Shown here: positions 1 to 9,093 of the stretch, in pieces
Numbering within the stretch: position 1 is the stretch's first letter
Layout: each line of letters begins with the position of its first letter
From: a virus
Lineage: Duplodnaviria; Heunggongvirae; Uroviricota; Caudoviricetes
Direction: 5' to 3' (one strand)
Virus record (IMG/VR): IMGVR_UViG_2563366960_000005
Span: 1-12,396 of that record
DNA: 12,396 nucleotides
Notes under the pieces: model-generated
Databases searched by the model: none
What the model was told of the DNA's origin: nothing
What the model saw: only the letters and a program-made list of their open reading frames with translations
Made by a program: the position numbers and the translations under genes

Positions 1-810
1 CCGTTCAACGACACGGCCTCCGTTAACACGCTGGTGACCGAGATGAACGATACCAGCGGTCGCTGGAGCTATGCGCGTCAGCTGTATGGTCATGTGTATA
101 CGGCAAAGATCGGCACGTTGTCAGAACTGGTGACCGCAGGTGACCAGTTTAACCAGCAGCACATTACCCTGGCGGGGTACGAAAAAGAGACCCAGACGCC
201 TGCCGACGAGCTGGCGGCAAGCCGTACCGCCCGCGCAGCGGTGTTTATCCGCAACGATCCGGCACGTCCCACGCAGACCGGTGAGCTGGTGGGTATGCTG
301 CCTGCGCCGAAGGGGAAACGGTTCACGATGACCGAACAACAGACCCTGCTGTCTCATGGCGTGGCAACGGCGTATGTCGAAAGCGGGGTACTGCGCATTC
401 AGCGTGATGTCACCACGTACAGGAAAAACGCTTACGGGGTTGCGGATAACAGCTACCTCGACAGTGAGACGCTGCATACCAGCGCGTATGTACTGCGCAA
501 ACTGAAATCCGTCATTACCAGTAAGTACGGGCGTCACAAGCTTGCCAGTGACGGTACCCGCTTTGGTCCCGGTCAGGCGATTGTCACTCCGGCGGTGATC
601 AAAGGGGAACTGCTGGCAACCTACCGTCAGCTTGAGCGTGTGGGGATCGTGGAAAACTACGAACTGTTTAAGCAGTACCTGGTTGTGGAGCGTGATGCCA
701 GCGATCCGGACCGCCTGAACACGCTGTTCCCGCCTGACTATGTTAACCAGCTGCGTGTCTTTGCCGTGGTTAACCAGTTCCGTCTTCAGTATTCAGAGGA
801 GTCCGCATAA
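1..810 (+). CDS. Phage tail sheath protein, C-terminal part (Mu gpL-like); 5' end lies outside the window
   Basis: The reading frame is open from nt 1 to the TAA at 808-810, so the gene starts upstream of the window. It sits immediately upstream of a ~118-aa tube-sized gene with a TAATG stop/start overlap, as in contractile-tail operons. Sheath identity is inferred from position and size, not from a search. Confidence 0.55.
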   Translation, partial: PFNDTASVNTLVTEMNDTSGRWSYARQLYGHVYTAKIGTLSELVTAGDQFNQQHITLAGYEKETQTPADELAASRTARAAVFIRNDPARPTQTGELVGMLPAPKGKRFTMTEQQTLLSHGVATAYVESGVLRIQRDVTTYRKNAYGVADNSYLDSETLHTSAYVLRKLKSVITSKYGRHKLASDGTRFGPGQAIVTPAVIKGELLATYRQLERVGIVENYELFKQYLVVERDASDPDRLNTLFPPDYVNQLRVFAVVNQFRLQYSEESA

Positions 811-1166
811 TGGCCCGTATCGGGGGAACCTGTTATTTCAAAATTGACGGTCAGCAGCTATCGCTGACCGGCGGCATTGAGGTGCCCATGAACAGGACGG
901 TCAATGATGACATCATCGGCCTGGACGGTTCAGTGGACCGCAAGGAAACTCACCGTGCGCCTTATGTCAAAGGGACCTTCAAGGTGCCGAAGAATTTTCC
1001 GGTGAGCAAAATCACCTCGTCTGATGAGATGACCATTACTGCCGAGCTGGCGAACGGTCAGGTCTATGTACTGTCGTCTGCCTGGCTGCACGGCGAAGCG
1101 AACCATAATGCCGAAGAAGGCACGGTTGATCTTGAGTTCCACGGTGAAGAAGGGGATTACCAGTAA
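810..1166 (+). CDS. Phage tail tube protein (Mu gpM-like)
   Basis: 118-aa ORF coupled to the sheath gene by a TAATG overlap and to the next gene by a TAATG overlap at 1164-1168. Position and size fit a tail tube protein. Confidence 0.55.
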   Translation: MARIGGTCYFKIDGQQLSLTGGIEVPMNRTVNDDIIGLDGSVDRKETHRAPYVKGTFKVPKNFPVSKITSSDEMTITAELANGQVYVLSSAWLHGEANHNAEEGTVDLEFHGEEGDYQ

Positions 1167-1435
1167 TGAAAGAGCTTGAGTTAAAGAAACCGATTATCGC
1201 TCATGGCGAGACACTCTCCGTACTGGAGTTTGATGAACCCACCGGGAAGGATGTCCGCGAGCTGGGGTATCCTTACCAGATGAATCAGGATGAGTCCGTC
1301 AGACTTCTGGCGCATGTGGTGTCGAAATACATTGTGCGGCTGGCGAAAGTGCCGCAAAGCTCTGTCGACCAGATGTCTCCGGCAGACCTGAATGCAGCGG
1401 CGTGGCTTGTGGCTGGTTTTTTCCTCCAGGCCTGA
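1166..1435 (+). CDS. Tail assembly chaperone, short form (lambda G-like)
   Basis: 89-aa acidic ORF directly upstream of the tape-measure gene. It ends just after a TTTTTTC heptamer, and a -1 frame ORF overlaps its 3' end. Confidence 0.5.
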   Translation: MKELELKKPIIAHGETLSVLEFDEPTGKDVRELGYPYQMNQDESVRLLAHVVSKYIVRLAKVPQSSVDQMSPADLNAAAWLVAGFFLQA

Positions 1436-1584
1436 CGGCTGAATACCTCACTGATCGCTTCTTTGACTGCGCCAGTTACTGGCGCATTAATCCCTTCGAA
1501 TTGCTGAATAAGCCGATCAGTGAAATTCCCTTGCTGGTCAGTCAGGCAAACAGGATAGAGCAGGAGAAACGCACACATGGCTGA
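1166..1584 (+). CDS. Tail assembly chaperone, frameshift-extended form (lambda GT-like); -1 ribosomal frameshift at 1417-1423
   Basis: ORF 1402..1584 is in the -1 frame relative to 1166..1435. Slipping at T_TTT_TTC (1417-1423) gives the reading ...AGFF|PPGLTAEY..., which continues to the TGA at 1582-1584, overlapping the tape-measure ATG at 1577. Confidence 0.4.
1417..1423 (+). promoter_or_regulatory. Putative -1 programmed ribosomal frameshift slippery heptamer (T_TTT_TTC)
   Basis: The heptamer is in the X_XXY_YYZ register of the upstream chaperone frame and lies inside the overlap with the -1 frame ORF. Confidence 0.4.
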
Positions 1585-3409
1585 ATTTGAGCTTAAGGCG
1601 TTGATCACCGGTGTCGACAGGCTTTCTCCAGCGCTGTCGAAAATGCAAAAGAAAATCCGGGGATTTAAACGCCAGGCGGAAGAAGCGTCACAGGGTGGGC
1701 TGGCGCTTGGTGGCGGACTGGCAGCGGGTCTGACGCTTTCCCTGAAATCTTATGCCGATCAGGAAAACGCCGCCACCGGGCTGAAAGTCGCCATGATGGA
1801 TGCGAACGGCGAGGTTGGAAAGAGCTTTCAGGACATCAATAAACTGGCTATTGGCCTGGGTAACCAGCTACCCGGTACAACGGCTGATTTCCAGAACATG
1901 ATGCAGATGCTGGTGCGTCAGGGGATCCCGGCAGAAAACATTCTTGGCGGTGTGGGTAAAGCGACAGCTTATCTTGCGGTACAACTGAAAAAAACACCGG
2001 AAGCGGCTGCTGAGTTTGCTGCAAAGATGCAGGATGCTACCGGAACGGCGTCAGAAGACATGATGGGGCTGTTCGACACTATCCAGAAGGCGTTTTATCT
2101 GGGCGTTGACGATACCAACATGTTGTCCTTCTTCACTAAAACCAGTTCTGTTCTGAAGATGGTGAACAAGGACGGTCTTCAGGCTGCACAGAGCCTTGCC
2201 CCCATCAGCGTCATGATGGATCAGATGGGGATGAACGGGGAGTCGGCAGGTAATGCCCTGCGAAAAGTTATCCAGTCCGGATTAAGCGTTAAGAAAATCA
2301 GGGACGTCAATAAAGTCATGGCCCGCCAGAAACTCGGGGTACAGCTCGATTTTACTGACGGCAAAGGGAGTTTTGGCGGTCTTGATAACATGTTCAGGCA
2401 ACTGGCAAAGCTGCGAAAACTGACCGACGTTAAGCGAACAGGTGTACTTAAGGCAATATTTGGTGATGATGCCGAAACCCTTCAGGTGGTCAATGCACTA
2501 ATCGATAAAGGAAAGGATGGCTACGATCAGATCCAGCAGAAGATGAATAAACAGGCCAGCCTGAATAAACGTGTTCAGGCCCAGCTTGGTACGCTGTCCA
2601 ACCTGTGGGAGGCAATGACGGGGACCGCAACTAACGGCCTTGCGGCTATTGGCGGCGCATTTTCTGGTGACGCCAAAAATATCACGCAATGGCTGGGGGA
2701 GTTGGGGGAAAAATTCACGAAGTTTGCGGATGAAAATCCCCGGGTTATTCGCGGCGTCGTCGGGCTTGCTGCCGGTCTTGCGATTCTGAAACTGGGATTG
2801 ATGGGCGTTGGCGGTGCCATCAGTATTGTCAGCAGGATTATGTCGATGACGCCGATTGGCATGATTGCGACGGCGATAGCCCTGGCTGCGGGATTAATTA
2901 TCACTAACTGGGATGTTGTCGGACCTTATTTCAAGAAGCTCTGGGAAACCATTAGTCCTTATTTTGAGGCTGGCTGGGAACTTCTGAAGAAGGTTTTTGC
3001 CTGGTCGCCGCTGGGGATGGTGATCAATAACTGGGGACCGGTTGTTAAGTGGTTTCAGGATATGTGGGATAAGCTGAAGCCAATTATTGAGTGGTTTACC
3101 GACAGTTCCGGTGACACGGTCGATGCCATTAACTCGGCGCAGTGGGGCGCGGGTGCTTATGATGCTTATGGGACGGGAATACCGCCACGGGGATACACTC
3201 CTTATCCGGAGGTGGATCCGGCTCAGGCAAACAACGCCTCCGGTGCCACAGGCCCGAATCCTTTCATGATTAATAAAGCTACCGCGCCAAAAGTTGATGG
3301 TGAGATCAAGGTATCATTTATAAATATGCCATCAGGTATGCGGGTTACGGAAACACGCTCCAGTGGCATTGATATAAATCACGATGTTGGCTATACCCGA
3401 TTTTGGTAG
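1577..3409 (+). CDS. Phage tail tape measure protein
   Basis: 610-aa ORF right after the chaperone pair, with an AGGAG ribosome-binding site at about 1561-1565. It has a long Ala/Gly/Gln-rich helical N-terminal region, hydrophobic segments (GVVGLAAGLAILKLGLMGVGGAISIV...) and a C-terminal run of periodically spaced Trp/Phe (NWDVV...KLWETI...GWELL...FAWSP...NNWGP...KWFQDMWDKL...EWF), all typical of tape-measure proteins. Confidence 0.75.
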   Translation: MAEFELKALITGVDRLSPALSKMQKKIRGFKRQAEEASQGGLALGGGLAAGLTLSLKSYADQENAATGLKVAMMDANGEVGKSFQDINKLAIGLGNQLPGTTADFQNMMQMLVRQGIPAENILGGVGKATAYLAVQLKKTPEAAAEFAAKMQDATGTASEDMMGLFDTIQKAFYLGVDDTNMLSFFTKTSSVLKMVNKDGLQAAQSLAPISVMMDQMGMNGESAGNALRKVIQSGLSVKKIRDVNKVMARQKLGVQLDFTDGKGSFGGLDNMFRQLAKLRKLTDVKRTGVLKAIFGDDAETLQVVNALIDKGKDGYDQIQQKMNKQASLNKRVQAQLGTLSNLWEAMTGTATNGLAAIGGAFSGDAKNITQWLGELGEKFTKFADENPRVIRGVVGLAAGLAILKLGLMGVGGAISIVSRIMSMTPIGMIATAIALAAGLIITNWDVVGPYFKKLWETISPYFEAGWELLKKVFAWSPLGMVINNWGPVVKWFQDMWDKLKPIIEWFTDSSGDTVDAINSAQWGAGAYDAYGTGIPPRGYTPYPEVDPAQANNASGATGPNPFMINKATAPKVDGEIKVSFINMPSGMRVTETRSSGIDINHDVGYTRFW

Positions 3410-3437
3410 CCAGGATTCCCCTCACAGGTATTGCTGG

Positions 3438-3465
3438 TTGTAAGTCATAAATAGAGTGATAGAAT
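3438..3465 (+). promoter_or_regulatory. Putative sigma70-type promoter for the moron gene (-35 TTGTAA 3438-3443, 16-bp spacer, -10 TAGAAT 3460-3465)
   Basis: AT-rich intergenic DNA about 40-60 bp upstream of the ATG at 3501. Hexamers found by eye only. Confidence 0.25.
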
Positions 3466-3500
3466 TAATGCACATTTAGAAAAATGTTAATAGGCGAAAA

Positions 3501-4031
3501 ATGAAAGGCTATATCACAGCAAGTGTAATTCTTGGAGCAGCGGCTATTTTTTCATCTCTCATAATCTCTGGCAACATCTCCTTTAAAGATGAACATATTA
3601 TTCAGTTATCTGGAGGAGCCATAAAACTTGGTGATGTTTATAAAGAAAATAAATTGATAAGTGCAAAGATTATTTTTCCAGATAATCAGGGTGAACAGAT
3701 TCTTGTTGTCGACGGCAATCCTGAAAACTTTAAGGAGGATTTTCAGGAGAAATTAAATAAAGTAATAAAAACTTTAAATGCGTCAAAGAAAAAAGATGAA
3801 GAGAAAGTTAGCCTGGATAATTTAAGTGTTGTTGAAGAGTCTAAACTAGAGCTCGTTTCTGCGGTGCGTTACTCTGCTCAGTATGTTCCTATGTTTACTC
3901 TGACGCTGGACAAAAAAGAAATTACCATGCCTAAAAATACGGTAATATTTCCATTTGCCAGCGATGAAACAGCTAAGTATTTAAATGAACAACAGCAAAA
4001 GTATAAAGATTCGTTGTTTCTGACTCGCTAA
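3501..4031 (+). CDS. Hypothetical moron protein with an N-terminal hydrophobic segment (possible signal peptide or membrane anchor)
   Basis: 176-aa ORF in a sharply AT-rich block between GC-richer tail genes, flanked by non-coding DNA on both sides and followed by a hairpin terminator. The N-terminus MKGYITASVILGAAAIFSSLIISG is hydrophobic; the rest is Lys/Glu/Asp-rich. No family recognised. Confidence 0.6.
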   Translation: MKGYITASVILGAAAIFSSLIISGNISFKDEHIIQLSGGAIKLGDVYKENKLISAKIIFPDNQGEQILVVDGNPENFKEDFQEKLNKVIKTLNASKKKDEEKVSLDNLSVVEESKLELVSAVRYSAQYVPMFTLTLDKKEITMPKNTVIFPFASDETAKYLNEQQQKYKDSLFLTR

Positions 4032-4050
4032 TTAATAAAATTCATTACAA

Positions 4051-4076
4051 GGCCACCTTCTAATAGGTGGCTTTTT
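4051..4076 (+). terminator. Rho-independent terminator downstream of the moron gene
   Basis: GGCCACCT (4051-4058), loop TCTAAT, AGGTGGC (4065-4071), then TTTTT (4072-4076); about 20 nt after the TAA at 4029-4031. Confidence 0.65.
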
Positions 4077-4092
4077 AATTTTCGGAGTATAT

Positions 4093-5421
4093 ATGACGTG
4101 GAAAGACAGGCTTCAGGACGCGTCATTTCGCGGCGTGCCGTTTAAGGTCGAAGAAGAAAGTGCGGGAACAGGTCGCCGTGTGGAAACGCACGAATACCCG
4201 AACCGCGACAAACCCTATACCGAAGATCTGGGAAAAGTCACTTTCCGCCCGTCCATCACGGCTTATGTGGTGGGAGATGACTGCTTTGACCAGCGCGATC
4301 GCCTGATTGACGCGCTGAATAAACCCGGTCCCGGCACGCTTGTCCATCCGACATACGGTGAGCTGAAAGTCTGTGTTGACGGGGAAGTTCGGGTCAGCAC
4401 ATCGAAAAGTGAAGGGCGTATTGTCCGCTTTGACCTGAAGTTTGTCGAAGCAGGAGAACTCTCTTACCCCACATCAGGTGCGGCGACGGCGCAGACGCTG
4501 ATGTCATCCTGTTCTGCACTGGATGACTGCATCAGTGACAGCTTCAGCGGTTTCAGTATCGATGGTGTGGCGGATTTCGTGCAGAACGACGTTATCGGTA
4601 ATGCCAGCATAATGCTGGGGTATGTTTCTGATGCGATGAAAGTGGTGGATTCTGCCGTATCGGATGCCGCCAGGCTGTTGCAGGGGGATATCTCGGTACT
4701 TCTGCCGCCGCCATCGTCAGGCAAAAATTTCGTTGAGCAGGTGCAGAAAATGTGGCGTACCGGGAAACGCCTTTATGGTAACGCCAGCGACCTGGTCACC
4801 ATGATCAAAACGCTTTCCGGTGTCAGCCTCGGCAGCGATCTGCAACCGCGCGGCGTCTGGAAAACGGACAGTAAAACCACCGCCACGGCGACGCAGCAGC
4901 GTAACGTGGTTGCCAGCACCCTTCGTACGACCGCAATCAGCGAAGCGGCGTATGCCGTCACCCGATTGCCTGCGCCAACAACTTCCGCGGTGATGCAGAA
5001 TTCCGCAGTGGGGCAGGCAACAACACCCGCGCAGAGCACTGGCTGGCCTTCCGTCACGCATCCGGCACTGAACAATGCACCGGCGGTGAAAAACACGGTT
5101 GACCTGCCGACGTGGGAAGAACTGACTGACATTCGCGACACACTGAATACGGCAATTGATAAGGAGTTGTCCCGTACAACCAGCGATGCGCTGTTTCTGG
5201 CGCTGCGCCGGGTGAAAGCAGATCTGAATGCGGATATCAACACGCGCCTTGAACAGTCTGCACGGATCATTCAGCGCACACCGGATGAGGTTTTACCCGC
5301 GCTGGTGCTGGCGGCGACCTGGTTTGATAACGCGGCGCGTGACGCGGACATTATCCGGCGTAATGCCATTACGCATCCCGGCTTTGTGCCGGTGATCCCT
5401 CTGAAGGTGCCAGTGCAATGA
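4093..5421 (+). CDS. Phage DNA circularization protein (Mu gpN / gp43-like)
   Basis: 442-aa ORF with a GGAG ribosome-binding site at 4084-4087. The N-terminus MTWKDRLQDASFRGVPFKV...GRRVETHEYPNRDKPYTEDLG matches, as I recall it, the conserved N-terminal domain of Mu gpN-like proteins. It sits between the tape-measure and hub genes as in Mu-like tail modules. Confidence 0.75.
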   Translation: MTWKDRLQDASFRGVPFKVEEESAGTGRRVETHEYPNRDKPYTEDLGKVTFRPSITAYVVGDDCFDQRDRLIDALNKPGPGTLVHPTYGELKVCVDGEVRVSTSKSEGRIVRFDLKFVEAGELSYPTSGAATAQTLMSSCSALDDCISDSFSGFSIDGVADFVQNDVIGNASIMLGYVSDAMKVVDSAVSDAARLLQGDISVLLPPPSSGKNFVEQVQKMWRTGKRLYGNASDLVTMIKTLSGVSLGSDLQPRGVWKTDSKTTATATQQRNVVASTLRTTAISEAAYAVTRLPAPTTSAVMQNSAVGQATTPAQSTGWPSVTHPALNNAPAVKNTVDLPTWEELTDIRDTLNTAIDKELSRTTSDALFLALRRVKADLNADINTRLEQSARIIQRTPDEVLPALVLAATWFDNAARDADIIRRNAITHPGFVPVIPLKVPVQ

Positions 5422-6497
5422 ACGACAATGTCACGCTACGGGTAAATGGCCGGGAGTGGAATGGCTGGACATCGGTGCGCATCGGTGCCGGTATTGAACG
5501 GCTGGCGCGGGATTTCAGCGTGGAGATCACCCGCCAGTGGCCGGGTGATGAGGGTATCACCACGCTTCAGCCGCGCATTAAAAATGGTTCAAAAGTGGAA
5601 GTGCTGATTGGTGATGAGCTGGTGATCACCGGCTGGGTGGAGGCGACCCCCGTTCGTTACGATGCCCGTTCGGTCAGCACCGGTATTGCCGGACGTAGTC
5701 TGACTGCTGACCTGATTGACTGTGCAGCCGAACCGACACAGTTTAACGGACGATCGCTGGTACAGATTGCGCAGGCGCTTGCTGCGCCTTTCGGCATTGA
5801 GGTGGTGAACAGCGATGCGCCGTCGGGTGTTATTCCGGATGTCCAGCCTGATCACGGTGAAACGGTGATCGAGGTGATCAACAAAATACTCGGTCAGCAG
5901 CAGGCGCTGGCTTATGACGACCCGCACGGCAGGCTGGTGATTGGTGGTATTGGCTCAACGCAGGCACATACCGCGCTGGTACTTGGGGAAAACATCCTTT
6001 CCTGTGATACGGAGAAGAGTATCCGGGAGCGGTTTTCAGTTTACCAGGTGGCGGGGCAGCGTGCCGGAAACGACGATGATTTCGGTGAGGCCACCACCAC
6101 CGCGCTGCGGGCCCGCACAGAGGATGCATTTATTGCCCGTTACCGTCCGATGTATATCAGGCAGACAGGGCAGGCTACGGGGGCAGGCTGTATTGCGCGT
6201 GCTGACTTTGAAGCCCGACAACGGGCGGCGCGGACGGATGAAACCACCTATGTGGTGCAGGGCTGGCGACAGGGTAACGGTACGCTGTGGCAGCCCAACC
6301 AGCGGGTGATTGTCTTCGATCCGGTCTGTGGTTTCGACAATACCGAACTGCTTGTCTCGGAAGTCACGTTTACTCAGGACCAGAATGGCACCCTGACGGA
6401 AATCCGTGTCGGCCCACCTGATGCTTATCTGCCTGAACCCGAAGCCCCCGGCGCGCGGAAAAAGAAAAAAGCCAGAGTACAGGAGGACCCGTTCTGA
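5418..6497 (+). CDS. Phage tail/baseplate hub protein (Mu gpP / gp44-like, P2 gpD-like)
   Basis: 359-aa ORF coupled by ATGA overlaps to the genes on either side. Size and position match the hub gene that follows gpN in Mu-like clusters. Confidence 0.65.
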   Translation: MNDNVTLRVNGREWNGWTSVRIGAGIERLARDFSVEITRQWPGDEGITTLQPRIKNGSKVEVLIGDELVITGWVEATPVRYDARSVSTGIAGRSLTADLIDCAAEPTQFNGRSLVQIAQALAAPFGIEVVNSDAPSGVIPDVQPDHGETVIEVINKILGQQQALAYDDPHGRLVIGGIGSTQAHTALVLGENILSCDTEKSIRERFSVYQVAGQRAGNDDDFGEATTTALRARTEDAFIARYRPMYIRQTGQATGAGCIARADFEARQRAARTDETTYVVQGWRQGNGTLWQPNQRVIVFDPVCGFDNTELLVSEVTFTQDQNGTLTEIRVGPPDAYLPEPEAPGARKKKKARVQEDPF

Positions 6498-7045
6498 TGA
6501 AGGCGATTGAAACCATACAGCGACAACTCCTCGGCCTGATTGGGCGGGCGGTGGTGAAAAGCATCAGTGCCGCCACGAAATGTCAGACCGTGGATGTGTC
6601 CCTGATTGCCGGTGAACCCAAAGCCGGGGTTGAACATCTTGAACCCTACGGTTTTACCGCAAGAGCAAACAGCGGTGCGGAAGCGGTGGTGTTGTTTCCG
6701 GATGGTGACCGTTCTCATGCGGTGGTTGTTACGGTGTCGGACCGGCGCTACCGCCTGAAAGGGCTGCAGACTGGTGAGGTGGCTGTCTATGACGATCAGG
6801 GGCAGTCCGTGACGCTGACCCGGGAGGGGATCGTGGTGGACGGTGCAGGTAAAACGATCACGTTTCGCAATTCACCTAAAGCACGTTTTGAAATGGACCT
6901 GGAAGTGACAGGACAGGTGAAAGACCTGTGCGACTCCAGCGGCACCACCATGTCAGCGATGCGGCTTGCCTATAACGGGCATCGTCACAGAGAGAACGGT
7001 CAGGGCAGTAACACCGACAAACCTGATAAAGCGATGGAGGCATGA
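6497..7045 (+). CDS. Baseplate assembly / central spike protein (gpV-like, Mu gp45-like)
   Basis: 182-aa ORF with gpV-like small beta-rich character (GEVAVYDDQGQSVTLTREGIVVDGAGKTITF). TGATG coupling upstream, ATGA coupling downstream. Confidence 0.65.
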   Translation: MKAIETIQRQLLGLIGRAVVKSISAATKCQTVDVSLIAGEPKAGVEHLEPYGFTARANSGAEAVVLFPDGDRSHAVVVTVSDRRYRLKGLQTGEVAVYDDQGQSVTLTREGIVVDGAGKTITFRNSPKARFEMDLEVTGQVKDLCDSSGTTMSAMRLAYNGHRHRENGQGSNTDKPDKAMEA

Positions 7046-7470
7046 TGGAACTGTGGCTGACGGTGAACGGTAAACGCACCTGCGCCAGCGCACCGCTGGA
7101 TCCGCTGACCCGCGCCGTGGTGATTTCCCTGTTTACCTGGCGGCGGGCGGAGCCTGATGACAACGCCGACGTCCCGATGGGATGGTGGGGGGATACCTAG
7201 CCTGCGGTACAGAATGACCGTTACGGCTCCCGACTGTGGCTGCTTCAGCGCAGCAAACTGACCAATCAGCTGGTGCTGACGGTAAGGGGGTATATCCGCG
7301 AATGCCTGCAATGGATGATTGATGACGGCGTGGTGTCCCGTATTGATCTGGATATCCGCCGCACCGGGATTAATGAACTGGGTAACAGTATCACCCTCTG
7401 GCGTCGTGACGGACCGGTAATGATTTCTTTTGATGATCTGTGGAGTGCGATAACGCATGGCGGACAGTGA
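7045..7470 (+). pseudogene. gp46-like baseplate protein (Mu gp46 family) interrupted by an in-frame amber codon at 7198-7200
   Basis: ATG at 7045 with a GGAGG ribosome-binding site at 7036-7040. The frame is open except for a single TAG at codon 52 (...[27 protein letters not shown]...) and continues in the same frame to the TGA at 7468-7470. The ORF track's 7273..7470 ORF is simply the downstream part of this frame. Confidence 0.55.
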
Positions 7471-8515
7471 ATTTCAGCGCCCGACGCTGGCAGAAAATAT
7501 CAGTATGCTCCGTAACGATTTATTCGCCAGGCTGGACGTCAGCGACACGCTCCGGCGCATGGATGAAGACGTGCGGGCAAAGGTGTATGCGGCGGCGCTG
7601 CATACGGTTTACGGGTACATCGATTATCTGGCAATGAACATGCTGCCTGACCTGTGCGATGAGTCCTGGCTGGCGCGACATGCTGCGATGAAACGGTGTC
7701 CGCGCAAGGGGGCCACGGCTGCCAGCGGGTATATGCGCTGGGAAGGTGTCAGCGATGGCCTGAAGGTGACCGCCGGGAGTGTTATTCAGCGCGATGACCT
7801 GGTTCAGTACACGGCAACTGCCGATGCAACCAGCTCCGGTGGTGTCCTGCGCGTGCCGATCGCCTGCTCAAGTGCAGGCGCGGTCGGTAACGCTGACGAC
7901 GGTACGGCATTAATCCTGGTCACGCCGGTGAATGGTCTGCCGTCTTCCGGTGTGGCTGACACCCTGACAGGCGGATTTGATACTGAAGAGCTGGAAACGT
8001 GGCGCGCCCGCGTCATTGAGCGGTATTACTGGACGCCGCAGGGCGGGGCTGACGGGGACTATGTCGTCTGGGCTAAAGAAGTGCCCGGCATTACCCGCGC
8101 ATGGACATACCGTCACTGGATGGGAACGGGAACTGTCGGTGTGATGATTGCCAGCAGTGACCTGATTAATCCCATTCCGGAAGAATCAACGGAAACGGCG
8201 GCAAGACAACATATCGGGCCACTGGCCCCGGTGGCAGGCTCTGATTTGTATGTGTTCAGGCCGGTGGCACATACGGTGGATTTTCATATCCGCGTGACGC
8301 CGGACACACCGGAAATACGGGCTGCCATCACCGCGGAGTTGCGTTCGTTCCTGCTGCGTGATGGTTATCCGCAGGGAGAACTGAAGGTATCGCGTATCAG
8401 TGAGGCGATTTCCGGTGCGAACGGGGAATACAGCCATCAGTTGCTTGCACCGGCAGACAATATCTCCATTGCAAAAAATGAACTGGCGGTACTGGGGACG
8501 ATTTCATGGACGTGA
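7457..8515 (+). CDS. Baseplate J-like protein (Mu gp47-like)
   Basis: 352-aa ORF, translationally coupled to its neighbours. Size and position after gp46 fit the baseplate J family. Confidence 0.7.
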   Translation: MADSEFQRPTLAENISMLRNDLFARLDVSDTLRRMDEDVRAKVYAAALHTVYGYIDYLAMNMLPDLCDESWLARHAAMKRCPRKGATAASGYMRWEGVSDGLKVTAGSVIQRDDLVQYTATADATSSGGVLRVPIACSSAGAVGNADDGTALILVTPVNGLPSSGVADTLTGGFDTEELETWRARVIERYYWTPQGGADGDYVVWAKEVPGITRAWTYRHWMGTGTVGVMIASSDLINPIPEESTETAARQHIGPLAPVAGSDLYVFRPVAHTVDFHIRVTPDTPEIRAAITAELRSFLLRDGYPQGELKVSRISEAISGANGEYSHQLLAPADNISIAKNELAVLGTISWT

Positions 8516-9090
8516 CAAACGATGATTACATCCGTCTGTTGTCGGCACTGTTGCCCCCCGGTCCGGCGTGGTCAGCCAGCGATCCGTCGATTGCCGGTGC
8601 GGCACCGTCATTAACCCGCGTTCATCAGCGTGCGGATGCCCTGATGCGGGAGCTGGATCCGCGCACCACCACTGAACTGATAAACCGCTGGGAGCGTCTG
8701 TGCGGTCTGCCGGATGAATGTATTCCCGCAGGGACACAGACCCTTCGCCAGCGTCAGCAACGGCTGGATGCGAAGGTTAACCTGGCGGGCGGCATCAACG
8801 AGAATTTTTATCTTGCACAGCTTGCTGCCCTGGGCAGACCAGACGCTACCATCACGCGATACGACAAAAGCACGTTCACCTGCTCATCGGCCTGTACTGA
8901 CGCGGTGAATGCGCCGGAATGGCGGTATTACTGGCAGGTCAACATGCCAGCCGCCACAAACACCACCTGGATGACATGTGGCGATCCCTGTGATTCCGCA
9001 CTGCGTATCTGGGGCGACACCGTTGTCGAATGTGTGCTTAACAAACTCTGTCCGTCTCATACCTACGTAATTTTTAAATATCCGGAGTAA
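8506..9090 (+). CDS. Phage tail protein (Mu gp48-like / DUF2313-like, P2 gpI-like)
   Basis: 194-aa ORF between the J-like gene and the tail fiber gene, the conserved position of gp48/gpI-type wedge proteins. Confidence 0.6.
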   Translation: MDVTNDDYIRLLSALLPPGPAWSASDPSIAGAAPSLTRVHQRADALMRELDPRTTTELINRWERLCGLPDECIPAGTQTLRQRQQRLDAKVNLAGGINENFYLAQLAALGRPDATITRYDKSTFTCSSACTDAVNAPEWRYYWQVNMPAATNTTWMTCGDPCDSALRIWGDTVVECVLNKLCPSHTYVIFKYPE

Positions 9091-9093
9091 TCC

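Noticed and set aside
121-537. Minus-strand ORF of 138 aa inside the sheath gene; similar antisense ORFs at 2575..2904, 4773..5270, 5589..5927, 7000..7458 and 8884..9282
   Set aside because: Each lies entirely within a well-supported + strand tail gene in GC-rich DNA, where long spurious antisense frames are expected. None has a convincing ribosome-binding site or fits the operon layout.
5941-6309. Plus-strand 122-aa ORF in an alternative frame inside the gpP-like gene
   Set aside because: It is nested in another frame of a translationally coupled structural gene and its product is Arg/Pro-rich, low-complexity sequence typical of an off-frame GC-rich translation.
7273-7470. 65-aa ORF listed in the ORF track as a separate gene starting at GTG 7273
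   Set aside because: It is in the same frame as the ORF starting at ATG 7045 and is simply the part downstream of the in-frame TAG at 7198-7200. The whole 7045..7470 frame is better read as one interrupted gp46-like gene.
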